Positions 52,423 through 64,000 of a DNA stretch of 64,000 bases are shown piece after piece; the stretch's first letter is position 1; each line of letters starts with the position of its first letter. The notes under the pieces are model-generated. The model made no database searches. It had not been told where the DNA came from and worked only from the letters and a program-made list of their open reading frames with translations. The position numbers and the translations under genes were made by a program. The stretch comes from Mobula birostris (lineage: Eukaryota): positions 40,099,628-40,163,627 of the forward strand of contig NC_092392.1 in NCBI RefSeq assembly GCF_030028105.1. The letters run 5' to 3'.

Positions 52423-52995
52423 GAGATAGATAGATAGATATACTTTATTGATCCCGAGGGAAATTGGGTTTCGTTACAGCCGCACCAACCAAGAATAGAG
52501 CATAAATATAGCAATACAAAAACCACAAACGATCAAACAACAAAATGGAAGCTATGCCAGATGGAAATAAGTCCAGGACCAGCCTATTGGCTCAGGGTGT
52601 CTGACCCTCCATGGGAGGAGCTGCAAAGTTCGATGGCCACAGGCAGGAACAACCTCCTGTGACGCCCAGTGTTGTATCTCGGTGGAATATGGCCGGGGTC
52701 CAACCTCAAAAAGTTCAATATCCGGTCTACAAACACGTTCCTTGATCGTAATATGACCTGGATTTCACCAACCGTTGTTAACCAGAACAGTAAGCACCCA
52801 ACTCCTTTACGCTTACCGTTCTCAGTGCACTTCTGGTCAGCCCGAACGGTCTGGAAGCCGTCCATGGAAAGGATTTGATCGGGTATGTCCTCGTGCAGCC
52901 CTGTTCCAGTAAAACACATAACCCTGCACTCCCGAAGTGTTCTCTGACGCCTGGCTAGCGCCGTGAACCCGTCCATTTTATTACCCACCATTTGG
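52423..52995 (-). mobile_element. Internally deleted Rex1-like LINE with (GATA)n tail
   Basis: Endonuclease N-terminus (GNKMD...VMCFTGT...GFQTVRAD) joined to the extreme C-terminus (FLPVAIEL...GGSDTLSQ). Confidence 0.75.
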
Positions 52996-53445
52996 TTTAT
53001 TATGAGTGAATTCTGGTAGAATGAAGGAGCTGCTGAGGTGGAGAGAAAACATTAAAACATAAAAACATCTTATTTTTTCCATGTATATCAATATTTAAGT
53101 GAAAGTTTTTATAAAAGGTGGAAAAATATTTCATAATATTTTGGCGTGTTTCTATATTAATGAAACAAGGTGCTTGAGAGTGACTAACTTTTAATTTCCT
53201 TGACAAGTGCCAATGTAAAAGATATAGGTACATGGAATGGTTAGATAGGAAGCAGATTGCTTTTGAAAAAAATTATTTGAAAAATCTTTCATGTTGGACC
53301 TCAAATTTATTGATTAATGAGCCAGTTTTTTTGCTCTAAGTTTGAATTAGCTTGCTAATTTAAGTTTAATGTAGTATACAGTACACCTTAGGATAAAGTA
53401 CCATGTTAATTGAGTAACATATTTAATGGGATTGTGTTTTCGCAG

Positions 53446-53503
53446 GTTGTTGCAAGACATGAAAACTTGCTAGCTCAGGCCACTGGCATAGAGTCACTGG
53501 AAG
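53446..53503 (+). CDS. COG5: COG5 coding exon 3
   Basis: VVARHENLLAQATGIESLE(G); AG/GT; 58 nt. Confidence 0.96.
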
Positions 53504-56193
53504 GTAGGTGTATTTTCAAAAACACTTGCAGTGCAATGAGAGCTATGCAAACCAGATCGACCATTCTTTCCTGCCCCACACCTCAACAAGATATCTGGCA
53601 ATTCCAATAATTTTGTATTATAAATGTCAGCAAACTGTCCCTTGAAACTAATTCAGACTATTCACAGGCTTCAAGAACCATGTCCTTTTATTACTTAAGA
53701 TGTCAGATATGCAGATAATTTCATGTGGTATGACAAAAAGAATTCATGGTGACAGGGATTGATTGTGCAGCTTTATTACAGGGATAGAGGGCTTCCTTTG
53801 CTTTTGTAGATCCTGCTTAAGACAACCTTGTGAGGCAAAAGCCAACAATAAAAAGGAGAGATTTGTGTGGAGCTCTGCCATTATAAGAGGTGGTAGTGAG
53901 GAGGGAGTGTGGGAGTTGGGTTGTTGGCTGGTGAGTGGGGCTCCACTATGAATAAAAAAATCAGCTCCACAGGACTTGCCTGCTTTGAGGTAAATTTAGT
54001 AATGTGTATATATTTTTGTGATTTGACATCATATACTGTACCTAAATATTATGTTAGTACATGAAGCAATCAAATTGAGGAATGCCACCTATTAGAATTG
54101 ACAGTACACCCACTGTATGATGCATACTGTATAAATACAAGTCTCTGACATTTCAATTTTCACATATGTATTGTATAGAGAGAGCTGCCCAAACCGGGTC
54201 TTCAATACATTAATCCTAACCACTGACCAGTTTGGGTTGTATCATTCAAACAATCTAGCTTTGCAGTAGTTAGCTTGCACAGTGCAAACTGCCAGTAGGT
54301 TTCAGAACGATGTGGCCAGCTTTCCAAAATAAGATTGAGGAAGGAACCCAACAAATGGAAAATTAACTAAATGGATAATTAACTCCTGTTGGTAGAACTC
54401 CAAAGTGTGGCACAATTGTTTATGAAGGTATGAATCCTGGAATATTTGGTTTGTCCACTTTATTTTTCATGCAATGAAAACTGCAAATGAAGGTTACTTG
54501 ATGCGCGTTGAAATGGAGTTCCTAATTTCCAGATATTTCTATGTTTGTGTTGAACTGAGGAAACAGAGCTGAAAATGGGGTCTGTTGTTACAGATAAGCT
54601 GTAGCTAATTTAATGACGGTAAGAGTGTTTTTGGAATTACTTAAGAAAGTGACTGAAGGTTGAACTCTGAATTCCTTTTAGATAGATCTGCTGAGAAGCT
54701 TCCCTTGGCAATATCTATTTTGTGTTTTTTAGTTTAAATCCATTAAGTTTTTTATTAAGAAACATTTTTGGATTCCTTTTAAAAACTGATTAAAAGGCAA
54801 TGATTTTAAGTTTCTTTTTAAGCTATTCTTGAAGTCCTTGTTTTTGCTTGTGAATGCCCACAAATTAAAATTGTTCTGCTATATTTTTCCAAAAACCTTT
54901 GACATTTAAAAATAACGTAGAATTGCCAAAATTACTGAATTGAGCATCTACCTTTTATATCACAGGATGTGATCTTCTGTCACTTGCAGCTTAAAGTTAA
55001 ACATAAAGACAATTAGACATAGGAGCAGAATTAGGCCATTTGGCCCATTGAGTGTGTTTTGCCATTAAATCATGGCTGAAATAAAAGCAAAATAAAATAT
55101 GGTACATTTAAAACCCACTCCGTAGTTGACTATTTGTTTTCGTTTAGTGGTATTTTACAATTCTTATCTTTTTTTGGTTTCATAAAACACTTGGAATTCT
55201 TGACAAGTTCAGCAGAATGGAGTAGAACTTGTTATACTCTTGTCAAGCATACAGCATAGAAAGATGTTGAGTAAATTTCTGATTTGGGAGTGACAATACT
55301 ATATTATTAATAATAATACTTTGTCACTCAGGATGTACGGTACTTTATTCTGAGAGTCCATAAACTGATCTGGAGATTACTTTTAGTTTCTTGGAAAGAT
55401 GAACTTGTTAAACAAGATGAGAAGGAGTAGAGTGTTGTCAAATTAGATGCTGCAGGCAGAATGAGCATGATGGACCAAATTGCCCTTTTCATTGATTTAT
55501 GATTTGTACATTTGACTCCTGAACTTGTTTAGAGCTTCCTGCAACTAAGTCAATGGGGACTGTAGACTATTTGCATGAACAAGGACAAATCAGAATATTT
55601 ATTAATGATGAGAGATTTGAAGTTGTTCAGGTGCTAATTGATGGCATTTATGTGATGAAGGTTAAAAGTGTATGCATTGTCATAATGGTTAATCGGAATA
55701 TGTCTTCATCGCAAGGCTGTAAAAACATTTGCAAAAAGAACTTAAGTTACAAAACATTCGGACTGCCCTTCAATTTTGGGCACCGGGCACCAGTCACCAG
55801 TTGGATACAGTTCAGATTTACTACAATGATGCCATGTTTTAAAGAGTTAAGTTCTTAAAGATAATATGAAATTAATTTAAATTTGAGGTTAAAAGATAAA
55901 ATTAGATTATTTTAAAATTACAGGGTTTTGATGGACCAGAGATAAAGAAACTATTTCATCCATTGTGGCAAACCACACTGTAGTTTAAAGCTAGGTCATT
56001 TATAAGTGAACTTAGGAAGCACAGTTTTTTAGTCATTAATGGAAATATTAAATTTTAGAATGCCCTGAATACTGGGTCAGTAGAATATTTTAAGATTTAA
56101 ATTGACAACATTTTGCTTGGCTTGCCTATTCCTTTGTAAATGTTTTATAGGCTTATAACTTTTTTTTAATAATTTGACTCTAATACTTCTTAG

Positions 56194-56248
56194 GAGTTCT
56201 TCAGATGATGCAGACTCGGATTTCTGCTCTTCAGTGCACTGTTGACAG
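56194..56248 (+). CDS. COG5: COG5 coding exon 4
   Basis: VLQMMQTRISALQCTVD(R); AG/GT; 55 nt. Confidence 0.95.
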
Positions 56249-57496
56249 GTACAGTGGAAGCATAATATTATAGTGAACTATATATGTGAAATTATAGTTT
56301 TAGAAATAATTTGCATAACGCTGTTTCTGATACCTAGCGTGATTTATGTTGTATCACACATCATCATTTATTTTTGGTAAAAAAAAAATGGGGTTTGGCC
56401 TATTTTGGCGTCACAAAATATATATGGGCATTTTACATAATTCGTTAACGTCCAATCATGTACTTGATGGAGGTGAGCAAAGTTAGATAAATAAATTACA
56501 GATTAACAATAATGTGTTTAAATACACCACAAGTTGAAGTGACTGGTTCCTAGAAGTAATGGAACTTAAATAAATCAAAGTTCAAAGTAAATTTATTATC
56601 AAAGTGCATATATGTCACCATATATGACCCTGACATTCATTTTCTTGCGGGATATTACGGCAGAACAAAGAAATGCAATAGAATCAATGAAAAACTAAAA
56701 TGATATGAAGTAACTGATGAAAAAGGAACATTAATTTTACTTTCTTTAAAATATATCATAGGCTGGTGCAATTCTACAAGTCAAAATACTGGTTATAGAT
56801 CAGGAATTTTTGAATTACTTTGGGGAAAATGTTCATGGAATTTGCTAGGCAACCATTTACTCTCTTTTAGGAATATGATTCTTTGAGTAGGTGGTGTGTA
56901 GAGAAAATGAATGAATCTGTCTTTTGGTATGATCTTGCACACATCTTGGGATTTTGAAAATAAGTTGTACGGTAGATGGGAAGCAAATAGTTTAATGAGA
57001 AAACTAGGATGAGGACTTTTGAGTACAGAAGATGGGAAGCACTTTGCTCAAAGAAAGGTAGAAGTCTGAACACTTAAACAAGTTGCAGTTACAACTACAT
57101 CTGAGAAATTTTTTGCTTGGCTGGGGTATGTAAGAATTGGAATAAATGCTTAAGGAATTTTACTTCGTTTCTGCAGCTTATGACCACATCTTATCATGCA
57201 CTGAAGTTATATTTTGGCAGATTGTGGAAATTTCTGTGGTGTTTTTTAAGCAATTTGATGGTTTTAATAAAAGACAGTTGTTTGTATTGAATCCGTTTTA
57301 TTAAAGTCAGCTGGCTTATAAATGCTCATTCTCATTAATCTGGAACTCTGTGCCCATCGTTGTATACTAGTTTTCGTATTGTCACAGTAGAATTTGAAAC
57401 AAAAGCCTTGTAATACTACTGTGTTTTGCACAGAACTTTATTTCAACAATTCATTCACTCACTTGGTTACTTGCCAATTTTGTTTCTTTTGAACAG

Positions 57497-57566
57497 GATC
57501 AGAGGAAAAATTGTTGATCCTTACAACAAGATTGTTGCTCGGACTGCACAGTTGACCAGATTGCAG
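57497..57566 (+). CDS. COG5: COG5 coding exon 5 (gene continues beyond the window)
   Basis: [23 protein letters not shown]; AG/GT; 70 nt. Confidence 0.95.
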
Positions 57567-57887
57567 GTATATTGCTAAAATACAAATTTATGTAAGAGAT
57601 GATTAGTTACCTTTGATCATAAACTCTATGAAATTTTAGATTCATGCACTAACTTTGAGTTGTATTAGTTTTACTCAAAAACTGTGTAAGTCATGACAAA
57701 TGGATAACAAGCTTGGGTGAAGGTTAGGAAATAAGTATTGAACGAGATACCCCAGGGCTTGGGGGCTTTTTCCTTGTTGACAGTCATTTTATATGATGCT
57801 TGATGGAAATTGGCCAGTTTTGCACATTATAGTAAAGTAATCAAGGTAATAGAATTTTGGGATAAATTTTAAAATAAATAAGACTTT

Positions 57888-57888
57888 A

Positions 57889-57914
<26 letters not shown>
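57888..57914. repeat. (TG)n microsatellite
   Basis: About 13 TG units. Confidence 0.95.
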
Positions 57915-57920
<6 letters not shown>

Positions 57921-58464
57921 ATATATACACACTTGATGACAGATTGGTGCATGCTATCAGAATAGTAAACATTTCCAACTAAATTTTCAAAAAGGAAATT
58001 TGGGCCATTTTTATCACCACTAAGTTTTACATCAATATCAGCTTTAATATCACTGACATATGTCGTGAAATCTGTTAACCTTGCAGCAGCAGTATAATGC
58101 AATACATGACAAGTAATACACATGCACCCCTAACCCAAAAACTATGCTTTTCATTATATTTTTAATGTACATGTGATAAATCTGAACCTAAATATTGAAC
58201 AGGGTTATGCAGTGGAGCTTCTGTTCATACACAGCTGCTGGCTGATGTCAATGAATGGTAGATATAAAGTTGATTCTTCCTCCCCTTTGAATTCATAACC
58301 TTATTCATAGTACATAAGTGACGTGTACTGGAAAACAGATGGCTGAGCTATTTTCTGTTGGCTCTAAGCAGCCAGGTTGAAACAATATTTGTGGCAATCC
58401 ATGAAAAGGCATTTTAAAAAGCCTCAACAGAGAAATTACCTTGTTTCAGTTTATTTGTGTATAA

Positions 58465-59701
58465 CAGTGGTCCCCAACCACCGGGCTGGGGACCGGTACC
58501 GGGCCGCAAAGCATGTGCTACCGGGCCGCGAGGAAACGATATGATTTGACAATATGAGTCTGTTGCACTTTTCCTCATTCCCTGTCACGCCCACTGTTGA
58601 GCCATTACACATGCGAGGTCATTACCCGCGCGTCATCCGTGTCAGCACGGGAAGGAGATCAACTCCTCAAGTTTGTAAATAATGGCGGGCTGAAAAGTAT
58701 GTTTGACTTAAAATCTCTGCCGGCATTCTGGATCTAAGTCAAGGCTAAATATCCTGAGGTAGCCACGAAAGCGCTGAAAACGTTGCTTCCATTTCCAACA
58801 TTTTTCTGCGAAGCGGAGTTTTCTGCAATGAATGCAACGAAAACTAAATTGCGGAATAGACTAGACAATAAGGAACCCCCTTCGAGTATCGCTGTCTCCC
58901 ATCACCCCTCGATGGCACCGTCTTGTTGCAGGAAAACAAGCCCAGGGCTCCCACTGATTCAGCCCAGCGATATTGGTGTGTTGCAATGATTTTATACGTT
59001 CATACGGGGAAAATATGTGCTGTGTGTTTAATATCCAAATGTTACTTGAAATGTTATGATGCTATTGACTTATAAGTGATTTATATAACCATATAACAAT
59101 TACAGCGCAGAAACAAGCCATCTCTGCCCTTCTAGTCAGTGCGGAACGCTACTCTCACCTAGTCCCACCGACCTGCACTCAGCCCATAACCCTCCATTCC
59201 TTTCCTGTCCATATAGCTGTCTAGTTTTTCCTTAATTGATAATATCGAACCTGCTTCTGCCACTTCTACTGGAAGTTTGTTCAGCACTTACTTCAAGCTC
59301 CCCTGTCCTCCCCTGATAATTGACATGGCTATATTCATGCAAGGAAAATATGCGCTGTGTGTTTAATATTAAATTCGTTTGATGAACCCTTTTAGAAACG
59401 AAATTGAGTGTATTAGCCACTTATCACCTATATTCCGTTCGTGATTTAACACTCCCCCCCCCGAACAGAATTGCCAAAAACGATTTGTAGCGAAAGAAAT
59501 CGGCATGTACACTCATGCACACTGGTGCCCGCGCAAGGCTTCATGGTCATTGTAGTCTTTCTCGGGGTAAACACAACGTATTTGACTGCTACTCTTGTCC
59601 GTTGACAACCCTAACCACCCACCCCACCCCGGTCGGCCGGTCTGCAAGAATATTGTCAATATTAAACCGGTCTGCAGTGCAAAAAAGGTTGGGGACCCCT
59701 G
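58465..59701 (+). mobile_element. Non-autonomous hAT (Charlie/Buster-like) element, same family as 8822-10040
   Basis: TIRs CAGTGGTCCCCAACC/GGTTGGGGACCCCTG; 8-bp TSD GTGTATAA/GTGTAAAA; LPFPTFFCEAEFSAMNATKTKLRNRLD remnant. Confidence 0.9.
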
Positions 59702-60664
59702 GTGTAAAACACCAGAGAGGTCATCAGAAGTTGCTTGAAGAGGAGGGAAAATTGTACCCATTCAGATTCGAAGTTTCAGAAATTGATATCGCATTTTCAG
59801 CAGTGGAATGCTATCAGGGTTTTGAATGGATTAGTTTGTCACTTCCAGTAATTGAAGTATTATATTGATTTGTTCAGTATGATTCCAACTGAGTGATGGA
59901 TATTTCTGGAAGAAAGTTATTGCCATTCAATGATAAAGTTTTCTACCTTGTTTGAGACTGCTACTAAGCAACTTAACCTGTTTTTTTTTTTCGGATCTAA
60001 TTTATTGTGAGTATGACTGCTTCTGTATCTGCTAAATTGTAATGGACCTGAACTCCTACGGTGGAGTGGAAAGTCAGTGATGAAGCATGTGAAGAAGATT
60101 GGGTTTGAATTGAACTCTACTTTATTGTCCTATTGACAGATATCCCTTTATGCCCATCTGGAGGAATGACTACAAATTGTAACTATTTTAGTGTTCATAT
60201 TGCTTTCATCTAATTCAGCTGATCAAGCATCCCTACTTTACTGTACTTCATTATTATAGTTGCTTGCAGAAGGTTGTTTCACAAATGCATCTTCAGCATT
60301 TGTTCAGCTGTGCTAGTTTTCTGAGTGGAAGCTCTCTCTCATTAATTGAGTGTCTAAAAGTATGCAAGATAGCCGAGATTGCATTGTACTACTGAGGACT
60401 TTTCAAGTGCCTAGTATTGTTGGACTAGATGAAGAAGCTCTCTATTTTGAATGAAATGTTCAACAGTGGTTCTATCTATTGTGTGTTCAGGTGAAAGCAA
60501 ATAATTCCTTTTGAAGAAAGCAAGGAGTTCTGGTGCTCTGGCTAATAGTCCTTTCTCAATTATTAAAGCAGACATTATAATTATTTGTAATACTTCAGAC
60601 ATAACATGTATATAATGCGCTTTGTTATCCAGAAGAGGTGAAGGTGGTGGGGGATGGGGTTGGG

Positions 60665-60915
60665 GACAGCACGATAGCACAGTTGCTAGTGTAACGTAAT
60701 ACAGTGCCAGCGACCCATGTGCAAGTCTGCTGCTGTTTGTAAGGGGTCTATATGTTCTTCACCGTGACTGTGCGTGTTTCTCCTGGTGCTCCGGTATCCT
60801 CCCACCTTACAATGACGTTCGAGTTAATGGGTTAGTTGGTCGCATGGGTATAATTGGGTGGCATGGGCTTGTTGGTCCAGAAGGGCCTGTTACTGTGCTG
60901 TATCTCTAAAATAAA
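60665..60915 (+). mobile_element. V-SINE (HE1-like)
   Basis: V-domain-like GGTGCTCCGGTATCCTCCCAC and LINE-derived tail GAAGGGCCTGTTACTGTGCTGTATCTCTAAAATAAAA. Confidence 0.72.
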
Positions 60916-61094
60916 ACATAATATTTTACTCAGTGGTTCCCCTACTATGGGACATCAGACACATGAGCAGAATTAGGCCATTTGGCCCATCAAGTGACGT
61001 CATCTATTGGTCGCGGTCAGCTATGGATATTGTGTCGTAGCTGTCTATGTAATGCACAAGCCAAGGCAGTACGATTTGGAATGAAAGCTGTTGC

Positions 61095-61460
61095 ATCTTA
61101 TCTCCTGACCTGCCCATCACCTCCCTCTGGTGCTCCTCTCCCCTTTTCTTTCCATGGCCTTCTGTCCTCTCCTATTAAATACCTCCTTCTCAGCCCTGTA
61201 TCTCTTTCACCAATCAACTTCCCAGCTCTTTACTTCATCCCTCCTCCTCCCGGTTTGTCCTATCACCTTGTGCTTCTTCTTCCCCTCCCCCTACCTACTA
61301 ACTCTGACTCCTCTTTTTTTCCTTCAGTCCTTATGAAGGGTCTTGGCCCAAAACGTCAACATATATTCTTTTCCATAGATGCTGCCTGGCCTGCTGAGTT
61401 CCTCCAGAATTTTGTGTGTGTTGTTTGGATTTCCAGCTTATGCAGATTTTCTTTTGTTTG
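61095..61460 (+). mobile_element. Penelope-like pseudo-LTR fragment
   Basis: Pyrimidine-rich body plus ...GAAGGGTCTTGGCCCAAAACGTC...GCTGCCTGGCCTGCTGAGTTCCTCCAG tail shared with other copies. Confidence 0.8.
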
Positions 61461-61464
61461 TAAT

Positions 61465-61894
61465 TCTGTCATTTGACTATTAACGTACAATGTGTAAAGT
61501 ACCAGACCCAACACCGACTCCTCTAAAACACCAGTAGCCATCAGCAGCTAACCAGAAAAGGACTCCTTTATTCCCATCTTTTTGCCTTTTGCCAGTCAGC
61601 TAATCTTCTGCCCTTGCTAGAATCCTTCCTGTAATACTATGAGCTCTTGTTCAGCATCCTCATGCTGCGCTTTATCAAAGGCCTCTGAAAATCCAAGTAA
61701 ACAACATTACTCCCTCTCCGTTGTCTGTAGTACCCGTATTTCCTCAAAGAATTCCAACTGATTTGTCAGGCAGATATTTTCTTTAAGGAAACCATGCTGG
61801 CTTTGACCTATTTTATCATGTGCCTCTATGTACCCTGAAACCTCATCCTTAATAATGGAATCTGTCAACTTGCCAACCACTGAAGTCGAGCTAA
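61465..61894 (-). mobile_element. CR1-type LINE fragment (host of the Harbinger)
   Basis: AHDKIGQSQHGFLKENICLTNQLEFFEE. Confidence 0.82.
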
Positions 61895-62074
61895 AGGCTG
61901 ATTTATACTTCTGCGTTAATCGACGCCATAACCTACGCAAGTGGCCTACGTGTGTTGTGAGCATTTATACTTGTGCGTTGGTGTGTCTGCGTCGCTCTGC
62001 AATTCACCACCAAACCGCTAGTTGGCGGTGGGGTTTCTATGCCACTGCGTTGAGTTTCTTCGTGTTGAAACAAA

Positions 62075-63583
62075 ATGGTGACGGAAACTGAGCGCATCAT
62101 GTTGGAGTTGAAGCTTATAAATGTCAAACAAGAGTTACTTTTATTGAAATTACAGCAACGCAGAAAAGAGAGAAGGCGTCAGAGAAAATGGTGTGTATGA
62201 CCATTGAACGGATTGAGACAGAAGGAGGGTGAATTTGTTGTGCTCGTCCACTCACTGAGAGACATGGATGAGGAAATGCATTTTAAATATTTTCGGATGT
62301 CAGTAGGTAGATTTGATGATTTGGTTTATCGTCTCCAACCATTTATTTCGCATCAGTGTACGCACAGTATGCCTATAGACATTACTCAGAAACTGGCGAT
62401 CACCCTTCGAGTTCTAACTTCAAGTGCAAGTCAACAGGCTGTAGCAGCTAGCTATAAAATGGTATCAAGCACAGTGTCCTCCATAATTTCGGAGGTCTGT
62501 ACAGCTTTATGGAAAGCATTGCAGCCAGAATTCCTTCCCTGCCCTTTAGTTGCCCAATGGAAAGCTATTGCAGCTGATTTTTGGCGACTGTGGAACTTTC
62601 GGAACTGTGTTGGCAGTATAGACAGAAAACATGTGAACATCAAGGCACCGCCACACGCCAGGAGCGATGACTACAACTACAAGGGCGCACACTCCATTGT
62701 CCTGATGGCTGTCTGCGACGCCAGATATCGGTTTACCATGGTGGATGTAGGGGGATACAGACGGGAACGTGACGGGGGCATCTTCAAGGAGAGCAGATTT
62801 GGTTCTATGCTGCTTGAACACAAACTGAACCTGCCCCCACCAGTCAATCTTCCAGGAACAGGAGTCAGAATCCCGCATGTAATCGTTGGTGATGCTGCGT
62901 TCCCCCTACACAACAATCTCATGCAACCCTTTCCAGGTATGTCAGAGACATTAAATTCCATGAAAATTAATTTCATTTAATTTTAAGTAATACTGCTTGC
63001 TTTGTGTGATTTAATATATATATTTTCCCCTAAATGTTTGTAGTGATCACAGCTACATTGGCACATAATAATTTTCTATTTATTAATACTCTGAGTTTTA
63101 TCTTTTACGTTTTGCTAAATAGGGATGAATATGACCATGGAAAAGCAGATGTATAACTACCGTCACTCCAGAGCCAGGCGGGTGATCAAGAACACATTTG
63201 GCACTTCGGTGGCAAGGCGGAGAATCCTTGGTCGCCCACTAGAATTTCTGCCTGACAAAGCAGTGAACATTGTCAAAGCTTATATCGCTCGACTCAACCT
63301 CTTCACCTACACTGGTGAAGCCAACACTCCTGTGAGCAGATACACCCTTGCTAATTTTGCAAACTAAGACGCTACAGGGTCACCTCAGCCAGGCGAGTGG
63401 CGAAGAGTGGTGGCAGGGGACACGAATCTTTTAGAACCTCTAGATCCTCATTACCTCTCAAGGCGCCGCTTCACCAGAGCTGCCCTTGGTGTACGGAACG
63501 ACCTGATAGCCTTCTTTCAATCACCACATGGATTTTTGCCATGACCGATCAAAATAGTGTGTCATGACCAACTTAATCAGTAA
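62075..63583 (+). pseudogene. Harbinger (HARBI1-family) DDE transposase, two exons (62075-62936, 63123-63583)
   Basis: FRMS...[49 protein letters not shown]; GT-AG intron 62937-63122 in phase; premature stops at 62198, 63365 and 63542; catalytic Glu position reads K. Confidence 0.9.
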
Positions 63584-63755
63584 ATTGTAAGGAGGTAAAA
63601 TAAATGAATCTATAAATAACATGTAGCTGTTGGAATAAAAAAATAAAGACCTGTTATAAAGTCAAGTTGTTATTTATTTGCAGTACCGTGCACAACATTA
63701 TACAAGGTGCAGAGTGTTACATGAAAAAAGACAACATAATAGATAATGCAATTGT

Positions 63756-64000
63756 TTATTGTTTCTGCTGCTGCCTCTCAAATACCATTTTGTAGACATC
63801 GAACGTTGTCTGTGCTCTGTGCTCCTCCGGCAGCCTCCGCAGCATGTCAGCAGTGCTTGCACAAACCTGGAGACCTCATCATTTTCGTTCAGCAGTCTTT
63901 GTTGCAGTCTCACCCGATGTTCATCCAACTGGGCGAACTGCTGCTGAAACCAGTCATCATGTCCTTTCCTCTTCTTCCTCTGTGCTATCCTTGGACTGGG
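63756..64000 (-). pseudogene. 3' end of Harbinger second (Myb/MADF-type DNA-binding) gene with BESS-like C-terminus
   Basis: QRKKRKGHDDWFQQQFAQLDEHRVRLQQRLLNENDEVSRF, then after a 1-nt frameshift ADMLRRLPEEHRAQTTFDVYKMVFERQQQKQ*; convergent to the transposase, as is typical for Harbingers. Confidence 0.7.

Larger units (their letters stand above)
61895..64000 (+). mobile_element. PIF/Harbinger transposon (runs off the window), inserted at TAA in a CR1
   Basis: TAA (61892-61894) then terminal AGGCTGATTTATACTTCTGCG; convergent transposase and second gene. Confidence 0.88.

Noticed and set aside
60250-60300. Possible COG5 exon 6 (TAG-TTGCTTGC...)
   Set aside because: It does not translate to the expected VACDLLRR-like sequence in phase 0. 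Exon 6, and the GPR22 gene nested further into COG5 in human, appear to lie beyond the window.
62204-62980. 258-aa ORF as a domesticated HARBI1/ALP1-like host gene
   Set aside because: It lies inside a TIR-bounded element inserted in a CR1, with in-frame stops and loss of the catalytic Glu.

Overview
Repeat-rich vertebrate genomic DNA. The repeat repertoire (CR1, Rex1/Babar, Penelope-like, V-SINE, Tc1, Tigger, hAT, Harbinger) suggests a cartilaginous fish, probably a ray (inference). The window holds the conserved BCAP29-DUS4L-COG5 block: the 5' end of BCAP29 (minus; first coding exon 1854-1945, promoter ~6.7-6.85 kb), a complete 6-coding-exon DUS4L (minus; 37454->18619, 948 nt, 315 aa) and COG5 coding exons 1-5 (plus; from 37754). 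DUS4L and COG5 are head-to-head with only 299 bp between start codons. Introns are filled with nested transposons. The most notable item is a two-LTR retrovirus-like provirus in COG5 intron 1 (40289-46748, minus) with a tRNA-Leu PBS, splice donor, gag, protease and integrase, but with RT/RNase H deleted and no env. Its Gag has a short hydrophobic leader where a matrix domain is expected, and a hairpin abuts its PPT. Also notable: Penelope-type minimal hammerhead ribozyme motifs (several in fold-back arrangements), a ~230-bp palindromic module shared by hAT and Tigger elements, a solo LTR and a two-gene Harbinger pseudo-element. No certain new biological system is claimed. Exon, TIR, LTR and TSD coordinates were read by eye; boundaries of decayed LINEs are approximate.
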